Origin: Bacillota bacterium
GTDB lineage: Bacteria > Bacillota > Ch66 > Ch109
Assembly: GCA_050952625.1 (NCBI GenBank)
Contig: JBMNLH010000003.1
Coordinates: 96,001 to 160,000 of the forward strand
Direction of reading: 5' to 3'
Length of the DNA: 64,000 bases
Shown here: one piece after another, positions 29,961-41,373 of the stretch
How positions within the stretch are numbered: the first letter of the stretch is position 1
Layout: every line of letters starts with the position of its first letter
Position numbers and translations under genes: made by a program
Notes under the pieces: model-generated
What the model was told of the DNA's origin: nothing
Database searches by the model: none
What the model saw: the letters and a program-made list of their open reading frames with translations, nothing else

Positions 29961-31567
29961 CATTAGTGATGCATAAAATTTAACCCATTTCTTCTAAGTG
30001 CATTTTACACTGGCTTATATATAGGGCTAAATAGACGAAGATTGAATATTCTGAACAGGAGTTTTTCCCGTAAATGTTAAAAAGCAAGTGATCAATTAAA
30101 GATAGTCCTGTGCCACATTTCGTTGCCTAATTTTGTTAAATAAGATCCAGGATCATTTCATCTAGAATACTAGTCCCATAAAGCAATGTTTCTTCGTTAA
30201 GCCGCCAGAATTCCTGTTCCCATGTATTTTTTCGCCTTCCACCATTAGATTTACGAGCTGGTGGCCTAAACAACTTGTCGAGGAAAAGTTCTAAAGAATC
30301 ATATCCACAAGATTGTAGAAGACGTTGAAGACTCAAGAGCTCTCCCGAGAACTTTACCTTTGATTGGAGTAATGTCATCAAACAAAAGGATATGAGGGCT
30401 AGCCAAATCTGATTCTTTACGGCATTCTCGCTATTACCATAAAACTTTTTGACCTTGAGATGTTGCTTCACCCATTTAAAAAATAGTTCAATTGCCCACC
30501 GGTTCCGATAAATATCACTGATTTCTTGAGCAGTTAGTTCAAAGTCATTGGTTACAATCGTGACGGCATTTCCTTGAGTATCCCGGGTTTCAATTAACCG
30601 TAGAGGATGTTTCATTTGGTTAACTCCCGGTGTGCCTAGACGAACAATTCGCTCCAGTGCCCATTCATTATCAACCAGGATCTTTTGCTCTAGGATTAAC
30701 TCCTTGACCGCATTTGATTTTAAACGGCTGACAAACCGGATCTGGTTGTTATTGTCACAATAGCTGTCGAACTTCTCGTAATCAATGTAACCTCGGTCAA
30801 AAACGTAAAGCGCATCTCCAGATTCTTCAACGACCAAGTTATCCATTTGAGTCCGGTCGTTACCTTTAGCGGTTGTGATAATTGCCGTATAAGGATAAAC
30901 CCCGACTTCAGGATAAAAGGCTAGTTTTAGGTGAAGCTTGACTCCGGCCTTAGTTTTCCGGTAGGTTGCCCAAAGGTGATTGGAGAGACAAAAGCTAATC
31001 ACCGAGGCATCCACCAAGAAAATCCTTTTAAGACGATGACTCATTGCTTTATGACCAATTGTTGCTTCTAGCTCCTTTACGAGTTCAGTAAACAATTTTT
31101 CAAGAACTTCGGTTGACATTTCTCTGAGTTTTCTGGATAGCTGTGATGCACTTATAGAAGTTATTCCAATAAGTTCCTGAAGTTTTTCACTATCCTTCAA
31201 TATCTGACTCGTATGGCGCAAACTGTCAAGGCAATCAATCTGGGCGTAAAGCATTAAAAGGATAAAGTTATTAGCGAACAGCTTTTTGACGTACTTGTCA
31301 ATGTCCCAGGTTTTAAGTAGCTTTTGAAAACTAGATACAAATATAGGCTCAAGGCATTCACGAAATGCAGATTTTTTGGTATCCTTGTCCATAAGTGGGA
31401 TCTCCTTATCTTAGAGATTATGGACAGGACTACCTGTACATCTCTATTATAAGGAGTTTTTTCTTATAGGACCAGTTATATTATGGTAATTAACATGTAT
31501 ATTTATTAAGCATTTATGATAATGAACTACTTAGTGCTTTGTTAAAAAATTTAATGCAACACTAGTG
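29961..31567 (-). mobile_element. IS4-family element copy 3 (1607 bp)
   Basis: Near-identical to copy 1; 9-bp TSD GTCGAATAT at 29952-29960 and 31568-31576. Confidence 0.95.
30136..31392 (-). CDS. IS4-family DDE transposase
   Basis: 418 aa; differs from copy 1 at VISIC/VISFC. Confidence 0.95.
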   Translation of the reverse strand: MDKDTKKSAFRECLEPIFVSSFQKLLKTWDIDKYVKKLFANNFILLMLYAQIDCLDSLRHTSQILKDSEKLQELIGITSISASQLSRKLREMSTEVLEKLFTELVKELEATIGHKAMSHRLKRIFLVDASVISFCLSNHLWATYRKTKAGVKLHLKLAFYPEVGVYPYTAIITTAKGNDRTQMDNLVVEESGDALYVFDRGYIDYEKFDSYCDNNNQIRFVSRLKSNAVKELILEQKILVDNEWALERIVRLGTPGVNQMKHPLRLIETRDTQGNAVTIVTNDFELTAQEISDIYRNRWAIELFFKWVKQHLKVKKFYGNSENAVKNQIWLALISFCLMTLLQSKVKFSGELLSLQRLLQSCGYDSLELFLDKLFRPPARKSNGGRRKNTWEQEFWRLNEETLLYGTSILDEMILDLI

Positions 31568-31602
31568 GTCGAATATAACTCTTTAAGATATTTCTTTGGG
31601 AG

Positions 31603-33294
31603 TTGATTCGATTGTCAATATTTGCTGGGATTAAGACCCTTAAACCAATGGCTGTTCCGGTAATCACCAAACTCTGTCGTCTAGCTAAGATTCGGGAACT
31701 GGTTAACGAGATAGTATTTTGGAGAGAAGATAATTCTAAAATCTCTCCGGGTCTTCTGATCGAAACCCTCATTATTAGTATCTTCTGTGGCCGGATGCCT
31801 TTATGGAAAGTGCATCAATTTTGGGCTGAGCAGGATTTATCTAACCTGTTTCCTGATGTGGAATTATCAATTGATCAGCTTAACGAACATGCCTACGGCC
31901 GGGCTTTAGATAAACTGGCTGAAGTTGATTTAAACAAGCTGATCAGTTTGGTATCCTTGGTGATGCTTGATATTCACAATTTGGATATCTCCACGGTTCA
32001 TCTAGATACTACTTCCATATCGGTCGAAGGAATCTATGATGTAGAGCCATACAACGATTTTACGATTAATAGAGGTCACAGTAAGGATCTGCGCCCGGAC
32101 CTTAAACAATTCAAAATTGGGGCTGCAGTGCAGCAAAACGGCCAAGTGGTCATGGGTGAAATGCTCTCCGGGAACAAATCTGATAACAAATGGAACCCGG
32201 AAGCAGCCTTGAAAATGAAAGAGTTCTTTGATACCCAAGGTTATCGGGATGTCGTCTTTGTTGGTGACTGTGCTTTGATCTCCAATGAATCTTTAGCCAA
32301 TCTGACCAAGCAGCACGTTCAGTTTATCTCTCGACTGCCCGAAACCTACAACTTAGCGAAAGAACTAAAAACCCTGGCCTGGGCCGAAAACGCCTGGCAT
32401 GACCTTGGGATAGTCAGTGAAACCAACTCGAAAAAGGCTTCTCACTACCGAACCTATTTGGTCCATCATGAGCTGGAAGGACACCCTTATGATTTTGTGG
32501 TAGTTCACTCCTCTTCCCTGGAAACCCAGAAAGAAAAGACCTTACAAAAACGGATTGGAAAGCAAAAAGAGGAGTTAACTAAACAAAGTAAAGGCTTAAA
32601 AACAAAGGCCTTCGCCTGTGAACCTGATGCCCAGGCTGCTTTGGCTGTCTTCCTTCAAGAATGCCAGCAAAAAGGCTTTGAGGTTCAAGGAACGGTTCAG
32701 AGCTGCGTCAAAAAGTCTTACGGTCACCGAGGAAAACCCCGCAATGGAGAAGAACCGACGATTACCACGACATATCACGCTGAAGTCAGTATTGGCGATA
32801 TAAAACCAGAGGTTTACCAGCACCTGCTCCAAATGGAATCTACCTTCGTGCTGATCGCCAATGTGAAAGATCGTCAAAAATACGATGATCAAGGGATTTT
32901 ATTAGAATATAAACGCCAGATCTCAATTGAAACCAAGTTTCGATTCCTCAAAAACCGGGTGTATTTAGGCCCAGTATACTTGGAAAACCCGAAGCGAATC
33001 TATGCTCTAGGTTATGTGTTTATCCTGGTATTACTGCTGGCTTCCTACCTGGAGTACCGAGTTCGCAAGGCCCTAAAGGAACAAGGAGAAGCAGTGAAAT
33101 TACCGGGAAACAAAAGTACCGACAGACCTTCCGTGCAAACTATCCTGGAAGTATTGGGTACTATTCAGATAGTGAGTATTCAGGGTCAGCGATATTTTCC
33201 GGATAATGTTAACCGTCAAGCTTTAAATATGGTCCGTTGGGCCGGGTTTAACCCGGAAGAAATCTATCTCAAACCGATATCACTAAACGCCTAA
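31603..33294 (+). CDS. IS1634-family transposase
   Basis: HLDTTS, GHSKDLRPDLKQF, VGDCAL, FACEPDA, YKRQISIETKFRFLK; start uncertain. Confidence 0.92.
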   Translation: MIRLSIFAGIKTLKPMAVPVITKLCRLAKIRELVNEIVFWREDNSKISPGLLIETLIISIFCGRMPLWKVHQFWAEQDLSNLFPDVELSIDQLNEHAYGRALDKLAEVDLNKLISLVSLVMLDIHNLDISTVHLDTTSISVEGIYDVEPYNDFTINRGHSKDLRPDLKQFKIGAAVQQNGQVVMGEMLSGNKSDNKWNPEAALKMKEFFDTQGYRDVVFVGDCALISNESLANLTKQHVQFISRLPETYNLAKELKTLAWAENAWHDLGIVSETNSKKASHYRTYLVHHELEGHPYDFVVVHSSSLETQKEKTLQKRIGKQKEELTKQSKGLKTKAFACEPDAQAALAVFLQECQQKGFEVQGTVQSCVKKSYGHRGKPRNGEEPTITTTYHAEVSIGDIKPEVYQHLLQMESTFVLIANVKDRQKYDDQGILLEYKRQISIETKFRFLKNRVYLGPVYLENPKRIYALGYVFILVLLLASYLEYRVRKALKEQGEAVKLPGNKSTDRPSVQTILEVLGTIQIVSIQGQRYFPDNVNRQALNMVRWAGFNPEEIYLKPISLNA

Positions 33295-33358
33295 TTCGTG
33301 GAAATAGTTTCCTTTTGTCTTAAATCGAAAAGGTTTAAGGTGACATGATGAACATGGG

Positions 33359-33676
33359 ATAGATAGGCAATATTATCGAAGCTATCGCCTTTGGCGGGCA
33401 AATACGAGCACTGGTTGAACAGTTGAAAGAACTCGAGACGAGAGAAGCCATCCTTGAAGCTAGGCTCCACGAATGGCGTCGCAGGCATGAACATAATTCT
33501 TTTTCCAAGGATGATATAATCACTTACCTTCGTGCCTAAGGATAACTGCTACATTCTGACGATCCCGTCTAGGTCAAGCAAGTAATCGAACGGTTCATCA
33601 AAAAGTGACTGTAATGCCCGATTTTATTGAAATCACCTTCAAGGTGACGGTGGATACAAATGGTGGAGGTGAGGGG
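33359..33676 (+). pseudogene. C-terminal remnant of a large serine recombinase (integrase) running into the tmRNA 3' end
   Basis: Manual translation IGNIIEAIAFGG..LVEQLKELETREAILE..YLRA*G*..V*VKQVIERFIKK/VTVMPDFIEITFKVTVDTNGGGEG, with 3 stops and one frameshift. Confidence 0.7.
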
Positions 33677-34045
33677 AGTCGAACCCCTGTCCGAAAGACT
33701 GACCACAGCAGCTTCTCCGAGTGCAGTCTGCGTATTGTTCTTCGCTCCACTTGGCATTTCAGCGCGTTGGCCGAAATCCTCCTAGTACGCTGCCCACAGA
33801 CGGGCTACGCTGGAGCTATCTCGATAGACTTCGCCGCCCGGCCTCCGAGAATTGGCCGCTGGCTAGCCTGCTAAATGACGCCCTGGCCCCGAATCACAGG
33901 CAAACCCAGGCAGGACGTAGCTGCTCTAGGCAGCTAATGCGTAGTTTTCGTTTGCAGTTATAAATTGTCCACCGTTTAACGGGCTAGTGGGATCCCGACT
34001 CGCTGCCACTGCCATCAATTCCCCCGTCGAAACCATTACACCCCC
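33661..34045 (-). ncRNA. ssrA: tmRNA
   Basis: 5' GGGGGTGTAATGGTTTCGACGGGG, 3' GGTTCGACTCCCCTCACCTCCACCA, G3.U acceptor pair; tag ANENYALAA* at 33955-33926; follows smpB. Confidence 0.97.
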
Positions 34046-34255
34046 AAGTTAAACTGTCTTTCCTATTGGGTTCAAATTATCTCATGATTATTATAACATA
34101 GATCATTTCTCAATAGCTAATAGCAAAAAAGCTGTAAGTTTCCCACGAGCAAACACTAGCCGATAGTTAAACCTTTTAGCGTTTATTTACTGACCTCTGC
34201 TTTCTCTTTTCAGCGGTATTGTTATTAGCCTATATAAATATAAACAAGCTCTTTT

Positions 34256-34738
34256 CTAAAAACCCTTTTCCCGTTCTCGAACAGCCCGCTGGATCTCCCG
34301 CTGAGCATCTCGGGTAGCGATGTCTTCCCGTTTATCGTGCAGTTTTTTCCCTCTGGCCAGTGCCAGTTGAATCTTGGCTCGGCCACGCTTAAAATATATC
34401 CGCAGGGGAATCAAGGTCATCCCCTTAAGCTGCACCTTGCCGAACAGGCGATTAATTTCCGAACGGTGCAGCAGCAATTTTCGGGGACGTTTGGGTTCAT
34501 GATTGAAGCGATTTCCCTGTTCAAAAGGGCTGATATGCAGATTAACCACATAGACCTCGCCATCCCGCACCTCCGCATAACTGTCCCGGAGGTTAGCCTT
34601 GCCCGCTCTTAGTGATTTAACCTCAGTCCCCACCAGGACAATCCCGGCTTCGACAGTTTCTTCAATGTGGTAGTCGTGGCGGGCTTTCCGATTGTCAGCT
34701 ACCTGCTTAATCGCTTCTTTATTAGTTGTACCAGCCAT
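34256..34738 (-). CDS. smpB: SsrA-binding protein
   Basis: [37 protein letters not shown]; start reset to MAGTT. Confidence 0.97.
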   Translation of the reverse strand: MAGTTNKEAIKQVADNRKARHDYHIEETVEAGIVLVGTEVKSLRAGKANLRDSYAEVRDGEVYVVNLHISPFEQGNRFNHEPKRPRKLLLHRSEINRLFGKVQLKGMTLIPLRIYFKRGRAKIQLALARGKKLHDKREDIATRDAQREIQRAVREREKGF

Positions 34739-34830
34739 CAAGACTACCCCTTCCCTGGTAATTATTGGACAAAGACGCAAGTGGCCTTATAATTATACTC
34801 GCGACATCCCCCAGTGTCAATCCGTATTTA

Positions 34831-34881
34831 TCTAAATCAGAAAACTCCCAATTTTATAAGTGGGGGTTAAAACGAGTTCAC
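34831..34881 (+). repeat. IS200/IS605-end-like hairpin repeat (copy A)
   Basis: TCAGAAAACTCCCAATTTTATAAGTGGGGG..GAGTTCAC; similar to 37402-37449 and 59252-59287(-). Confidence 0.55.
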
Positions 34882-34931
34882 TGCTAGGATTAAACCACTG
34901 CCAGGATAAACCTAAGATTTAATACTATTAA

Positions 34932-37289
34932 CTAGACCAGTTCAAAATCCACTTGCCGCTGCTCAACGCTAACTCGCACTACCTCTACTTCCACCTCATC
35001 CCCAATCCGATACTGCCGGCGCGTCCGTTCGCCAATCAAAGAAGGAGGACTGTCTACATAAATATAGTAATCATCTTCAATCGAGGCCACATGAACCAGG
35101 CCTTCGACCAAATTCTCCAGTTCCACGAACATCCCGAAAGGAGTTACCCCAGAAACAATCCCCGGAAAAATCTCTCCTACATGCTGTAGCATGTATTCAA
35201 CCTTCTTCATATCCACGCTTTCCCGTTCGGCTTCCTCGGCTTTCCGCTCCCGTTCTGACGCCTCGTCCGCAATTTGCGGCAGCATGGGGGCCAGTCGGTT
35301 CAAAACTTCCTTACGGGAAGGAGTGCTGTTTTCGGCCGCGATCTCCCAATTAAGATTTTCTGCACCGGCCGCTTTTTTTCTACCCTTCACTGTTAATCTG
35401 CCCTTACTATTACTGACGTAATAATCGGAGTCATTTGCCCGAATTCCCAGATCAGTGGCCGACTGCTTGTTCCCAACGGCTTCCATTTCGACCCTCACCT
35501 GGTTAAGGTCCGGCCTTGGCCGCCACGCGCTGGGGAAAAAGAATCCTTCCGCTGGCAGAGAAGCCTGCAGAATGCGGTGGACGATCAGGTCCGGATAACG
35601 CCGAATCGGCGAAGTAAAATGAGTATAGTACTTCACAGCCAGCCCAAAATGTCCCAAGGGAGTCGGGTCGTAGCGAGCGTGCCGCATTGAGCGCAGCAGC
35701 AGAGTATTGATCACCCGTTCCTCCCGCCGGCCTTCTACCCGCTTTAACAACTGCTGAAAAACACGGGTGTGTATTTTCCCGAGCCGGGGCAGGGTATACC
35801 CAAGGGCCTGCAAGGACCGGTTCATTTCTTCCAGTTTATCTGATTCCGGCTCCTCGTGGACCCGGTACATTCCTGGCAGTTCCTGAATGTGCAGGTGCCA
35901 GGCGACTGTCTCGTTGGCCGCCAGCATAAACTCCTCAATAATCTCATCAGCAATGGACCGCGGATAGCGGTATAAATCAATCGGCCGACCATCGTCGTCT
36001 AAGCCTACCTTACACTCCGGCAGGTCAAAATCGAGGGCCCCCCGGTCAACGCGACGTTCCCGAAGAATTTTGGCTAATTGCTCCATCCGGCGGAAATCCT
36101 CTACCAGGTTATGATAGCGTTCCAACATTGCCGGATCTTTATCCACCAAGATCTGGCGCACCGCGGTATAGGTCATTCGCTCCACCGTTCGAATCACCGA
36201 GGGAAAAATGCTGTAGGCTGTCCTTTCACCTGTTTCATCTAGTTCCATGAAGACAGAGAGAGTCAGCCGGTCTACTTGCGGATTAAGACTGCAGATGCCG
36301 TTAGATAGTTCCGGCGGCAGCATGGGAATAACCCGGTCTACCAGATAGACACTGGTTCCCCGGTGCATTGCCTCCACATCCACCGGGCTGCCGGACCGAA
36401 CGTAGTAAGCCACATCAGCAATATGTACTCCCAACAGATAATGGCCGTTCGGTAAGATTTCAATCGAAACAGCGTCATCCAGGTCCTTAGCATCTGCTCC
36501 ATCAATAGTCACAATTGACAGATGGCGCAGGTCATAGCGGCCTTCGAGATCTTCCGGCCTAACCGTTGTCGGCACCCACTGGACCTCCCGCAGCACCTTT
36601 TTCGGAAATTCTTCCGGCAGATCATATTTGCGAATGATTGAGAGCACATCAACGCCAGGGCTGCCCTTGGCCCCCAGTACTTCAACAACGCGGCCTTCCG
36701 GGTTTCGCCGCTGTTCTGGCCAACGAGTTAATTCTACGACCACCTTATCGCCGGACCGGGCCATCCCGGCATCTTCCCGGGAAACGTAGACGTCCCAATT
36801 AATTCGGGCTTCATCCGGCACCACTATTCCCAAGCGTCCATGCCGCTGGTAGGTCCCGACCAGTCGTCGGCTGCCCCGTTCTAAGATGCGAATAATCTCT
36901 CCCTCGGGGTGTCCCTTTTCCGTGGTCCCGCGAACCCGCACCTGCACTCGGTCCTGGTGCATTGCCCCGTTTAGGTCTTCCGGCCGGATATAAATATCGC
37001 GGACCGGTTCACTTGCCGGTTTATCACCGCTCACCTCGGGGAGGACAAAACCAAACCCTCGCGGGTGCCCCTGCAACCGGCCGGTAATATAATGCACCTG
37101 ATCAGGCAGCGCATAACGGCCCTTACGGGTGACAACGATCTGCCCCTTTTTCTCCAGACGATGCAATAGAGCCATGAATTTGGCTGTACGGTCAACCTTT
37201 AATTCCCGAGCCAGCTGTTCGGCGGTCATCGGGCGGTAATCGGGTTCATGCATATACTCTAATAATTGTTCCTTGTTAACTATACTCAA
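34932..37289 (-). CDS. rnr: Ribonuclease R
   Basis: TIDGADAKDLDDA, EEFMLAAN, YTHFTSPIRRYPDL, C-terminal S1 domain; next to smpB. Confidence 0.96.
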   Translation of the reverse strand: MSIVNKEQLLEYMHEPDYRPMTAEQLARELKVDRTAKFMALLHRLEKKGQIVVTRKGRYALPDQVHYITGRLQGHPRGFGFVLPEVSGDKPASEPVRDIYIRPEDLNGAMHQDRVQVRVRGTTEKGHPEGEIIRILERGSRRLVGTYQRHGRLGIVVPDEARINWDVYVSREDAGMARSGDKVVVELTRWPEQRRNPEGRVVEVLGAKGSPGVDVLSIIRKYDLPEEFPKKVLREVQWVPTTVRPEDLEGRYDLRHLSIVTIDGADAKDLDDAVSIEILPNGHYLLGVHIADVAYYVRSGSPVDVEAMHRGTSVYLVDRVIPMLPPELSNGICSLNPQVDRLTLSVFMELDETGERTAYSIFPSVIRTVERMTYTAVRQILVDKDPAMLERYHNLVEDFRRMEQLAKILRERRVDRGALDFDLPECKVGLDDDGRPIDLYRYPRSIADEIIEEFMLAANETVAWHLHIQELPGMYRVHEEPESDKLEEMNRSLQALGYTLPRLGKIHTRVFQQLLKRVEGRREERVINTLLLRSMRHARYDPTPLGHFGLAVKYYTHFTSPIRRYPDLIVHRILQASLPAEGFFFPSAWRPRPDLNQVRVEMEAVGNKQSATDLGIRANDSDYYVSNSKGRLTVKGRKKAAGAENLNWEIAAENSTPSRKEVLNRLAPMLPQIADEASERERKAEEAERESVDMKKVEYMLQHVGEIFPGIVSGVTPFGMFVELENLVEGLVHVASIEDDYYIYVDSPPSLIGERTRRQYRIGDEVEVEVVRVSVEQRQVDFELV

Positions 37290-37401
37290 TTAATTGACTG
37301 CTCCTTTTGTCTCGAGTTTGACAGGACACTTATCTAACCCTTGAAAACACCCAAAAACACTGCAAAAAGTCAAAGTTGTTCCTGTATCTCCTTGGACCTA
37401 A

Positions 37402-37449
37402 TCTGAATCAAAAGACTCCCACTTTCTAAAAATTCTAAAAGTAGGGTTA
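37402..37449 (+). repeat. IS200/IS605-end-like hairpin repeat (copy B)
   Basis: TCTGAATCAAAAGACTCCCACTTT..AAAGTAGGG. Confidence 0.5.
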
Positions 37450-37562
37450 CCTTGTTAAAACTTTAGTGGTACCGATTCTCCAGCAAGACTATGGTTGTTT
37501 AGGTAATAAACTTACCTTGCCTTGATGTTTAGTGCAGCTGAACGAATTCACTTAAAGAAGAC

Positions 37563-38117
37563 CTATAAACCCAGTTTATCAGCAATCCCCTGCATGGCCT
37601 CCAGACTTAAGCCCAGGAACTCTTCCAGAGAGAGACCCAATTCCGTACAGGTTCGAATCTGATCTCGGTTCGCGCCGCGGGCAAATGATTTCTCCTTCAT
37701 CCGTTTTAACAAAAACGGGACGTCAATCGCCTGCAGGCTTTTCTCTTTTTTGATCAAGGCTCCGGCCACAATCAAGCCAGTGGTTGGATCAGTGGCCAAA
37801 AGGGCTTGGTCAATCCGCTGCTCTCGTGGGGAAAGGTGGTACTCATTATGGGCTTTGACTGCTCTGACAATCTCTGCGGGATAACCCTTCTTAGCTAGTA
37901 TTTCGCTGCCCAAGATGCCATGGCGTGCCGGGTCATCCTTGGTCTGGTCATAGTCAATATCATGAAGTAAACCTACCAGCCCCCAGCTATCCTCATCTTC
38001 GCCAAAATGGCGGGCTAGTCGGCGCATCACCGCCTCCGCCGCCAGCATATGATTAATCAGGTTCTCTCCACTAACCTGTTCACATAGCAACTTATAGGCT
38101 TCATCTCTGGATACCAT
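37563..38117 (-). CDS. HDIG-domain metal-dependent phosphohydrolase
   Basis: H..LLHDIDY..HG..AH..KSFARGANR. Confidence 0.9.
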   Translation of the reverse strand: MVSRDEAYKLLCEQVSGENLINHMLAAEAVMRRLARHFGEDEDSWGLVGLLHDIDYDQTKDDPARHGILGSEILAKKGYPAEIVRAVKAHNEYHLSPREQRIDQALLATDPTTGLIVAGALIKKEKSLQAIDVPFLLKRMKEKSFARGANRDQIRTCTELGLSLEEFLGLSLEAMQGIADKLGL

Positions 38118-38193
38118 TTATATATATACCCCCTAAGTTTGCTCTATATTTATTGTTGACGATATATTACGTCTTCAGTCACAAGACCGCTTA

Positions 38194-39006
38194 CTAGTTA
38201 TCCCTTTGGATCAGCTCCTGCACCGCCTGGAAGACAGTCTCTTTTTCCGACCCTAGCGTTAATAAATGAGGGGCTCTTTCCAGCCACAGCAGTTTCTTAT
38301 CCCAGCTGCCCAAATTTTGGTAAATAAACTCACCGCTATCTGGCCGCACAGTTTCATCAGCCAATGATTGAACCACCAAAGCTGGTACTTTGACCTGAGC
38401 GGCCTTCGCCTTTACCTCCCGAATCAGCCGCAACAAATTAGTTATTCCGCGAAGCGGCATTTTAGGATATGAAAACCGCAAGGCATTAGCCGCTTCCGGG
38501 GAAATACTGTCATAATCTTGGGGTGAAGACGATAAAAACCGCTGCAAGAAAGGGTATATTTGCTCCTTCTGAATACGCAGGGCAATCGGAGAATTCAAGG
38601 TAACCACCCCGGCCACGCCCCCCGACGCTTGCCCTTGCTTGGCTTCTTCCTCAGCCGCGGCAAGCAATAGACAAAGTAGCCCCCCCATAGAGAGGCCAAT
38701 TAGATAAATGCGGTCCACCGACTCCCCCCGCAGCCGCGTAAGTCCTTGGGCCGCACTGTTCAGCCAATCCGTCCATTTGGTCCGGGCCAATTCCTCAACC
38801 GAGGTCCCGTGACCGGCTAGTAATGGAGCCCAGACAGTATAACCCTGATTTGCCAAATACTCTCCCAAGGGCCGCAATTCAGGCGGTGAGCCGGTAAAAC
38901 CGTGAACCAACAGGCAACCAATGTGGTTACCGCGATAATAATAGGGCTGTGCCTTGGGATGTACTCCTGGAATAATAATTTCCGACAATCTTGATTGATC
39001 TTGCAT
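38194..39006 (-). CDS. Carboxylesterase (Est/YvaK-like alpha/beta hydrolase)
   Basis: HGFTGSP and GLSMGG motifs; sits between secG and rnr as in Bacillus. Confidence 0.9.
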   Translation of the reverse strand: MQDQSRLSEIIIPGVHPKAQPYYYRGNHIGCLLVHGFTGSPPELRPLGEYLANQGYTVWAPLLAGHGTSVEELARTKWTDWLNSAAQGLTRLRGESVDRIYLIGLSMGGLLCLLLAAAEEEAKQGQASGGVAGVVTLNSPIALRIQKEQIYPFLQRFLSSSPQDYDSISPEAANALRFSYPKMPLRGITNLLRLIREVKAKAAQVKVPALVVQSLADETVRPDSGEFIYQNLGSWDKKLLWLERAPHLLTLGSEKETVFQAVQELIQRDN

Positions 39007-39248
39007 AATTATTGTTCCTTTTGTTTTAGATGTATACGCCGAGAGGATTCGACCATCAACCTGGGATACTTCTTTGGTTCGGATTACACCCAGTCGGAGG
39101 AGTTTGACCTCATTCGCTTAGTTCTATGAATATTGTAGCACTGTTGAGCATATTAATCTATAAATCTACAAAATCGTTAGCAGTTGTTAACCCATATATC
39201 TTTCTTTAATAGTATTAATTATTTCTTTATACGTGCTACTTCTCGCAA

Positions 39249-39322
39249 CTCATACCTCACACCTCATACCTCACGCCTCACGCCTCACACCTCACACTTT
39301 ACACCTCACACTTTACACTTTA
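39249..39322. repeat. Heptamer tandem repeat (CCTCACA-like, ~10 units)
   Basis: ctcatac ctcacac ctcatac ctcacgc ctcacgc ctcacac ctcacac tttacac ctcacac tttacac. Confidence 0.85.
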
Positions 39323-39345
39323 CTCGCCTTACACCATCAAAGCAG

Positions 39346-39372
39346 AAAAAGTGTTGAGTTTCCCCAACACTT
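39346..39372 (-). terminator. Terminator after secG
   Basis: Minus strand AAGTGTTGGGGAAACTCAACACTT followed by TTT. Confidence 0.7.
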
Positions 39373-39445
39373 AAACTACGCAAATTAAATTATATTCCTT
39401 AAGACTGCTAAAAACTGCTTAAAGACTGCTTAAAACTGCTTAGAA

Positions 39446-39670
39446 CTAATATATCATAGCTAAAATCATCGTTAGTATAAGAAAAGAAATGGCTAATATG
39501 GTGGATATTTTACTAAATAGCTCATCCATCCCTTTTTTCTTACCAAAGATCGTTTCAGCCCCACCGGCGATCGCTCCGGACAACCCAGCACTTCTGCCTG
39601 ACTGAAGCAAAACTGTAGCAATTAGACCAAGCGACACCAAGATCTGTAAAATAATAAGGACTATTTTCAC
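39446..39670 (-). CDS. secG: Preprotein translocase subunit SecG
   Basis: VLLQSGRSAGLSGAIAGGAETIFGKKKG; start reset to GTG after GGAGGTG. Confidence 0.95.
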   Translation of the reverse strand: MKIVLIILQILVSLGLIATVLLQSGRSAGLSGAIAGGAETIFGKKKGMDELFSKISTILAISFLILTMILAMIY

Positions 39671-40047
39671 CAGTTCACCTCCTGCGGTCAATTAGGAAAC
39701 ATATTCCTGTGACTAACCATCCCTACCCGCTAAGCACATCCACTAGTTGAATGACTGGTTTTTGACCATTGCAATCGCTATAATTATCTTTTTGATTGTA
39801 GCACAACAGTCCGGGGAAGGCAAGAATTAGTGGAACGTGACGAAAACGTGTTTGGTGAAAAACTAGCCCAATTTATCACTAGCTGTTCATTTTCCTTATG
39901 GATAAATATCTCAACAAAATGTATTGCCTATTTTTTACAAAACAGATATGGGTTAGCTCTTTATTTGCAATGAAATAAGAGGACGTGGCGGCCTGAGATC
40001 AGAATCTAATAAAAGCAATGATCTCGACCGCCTATAATTCCCATCCA

Positions 40048-41373
<1,326 letters not shown>

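Larger units (their letters stand above)
29774..33358 (+). mobile_element. IS1634-family element (left part interrupted by IS4 copy 3)
   Basis: Putative imperfect ends CCCAAGT.. / ..ACATGGG coincide with the breakpoints of hicA and the recombinase; no TSD found. Confidence 0.6.

Noticed and set aside
25449-31567. Composite transposon or inversion bounded by IS4 copies
   Set aside because: Each copy has its own matching 9-bp TSD, indicating independent insertions.
33661-33700. tRNA gene
   Set aside because: The T-arm and CCA belong to the tRNA-like domain of tmRNA.
33569-33963. ORFs overlapping ssrA
   Set aside because: Explained by the tmRNA and the integrase tail; no independent coding evidence.
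35320-35560. Intein in RNase R
   Set aside because: No C-terminal HN followed by C/S/T, and too short.
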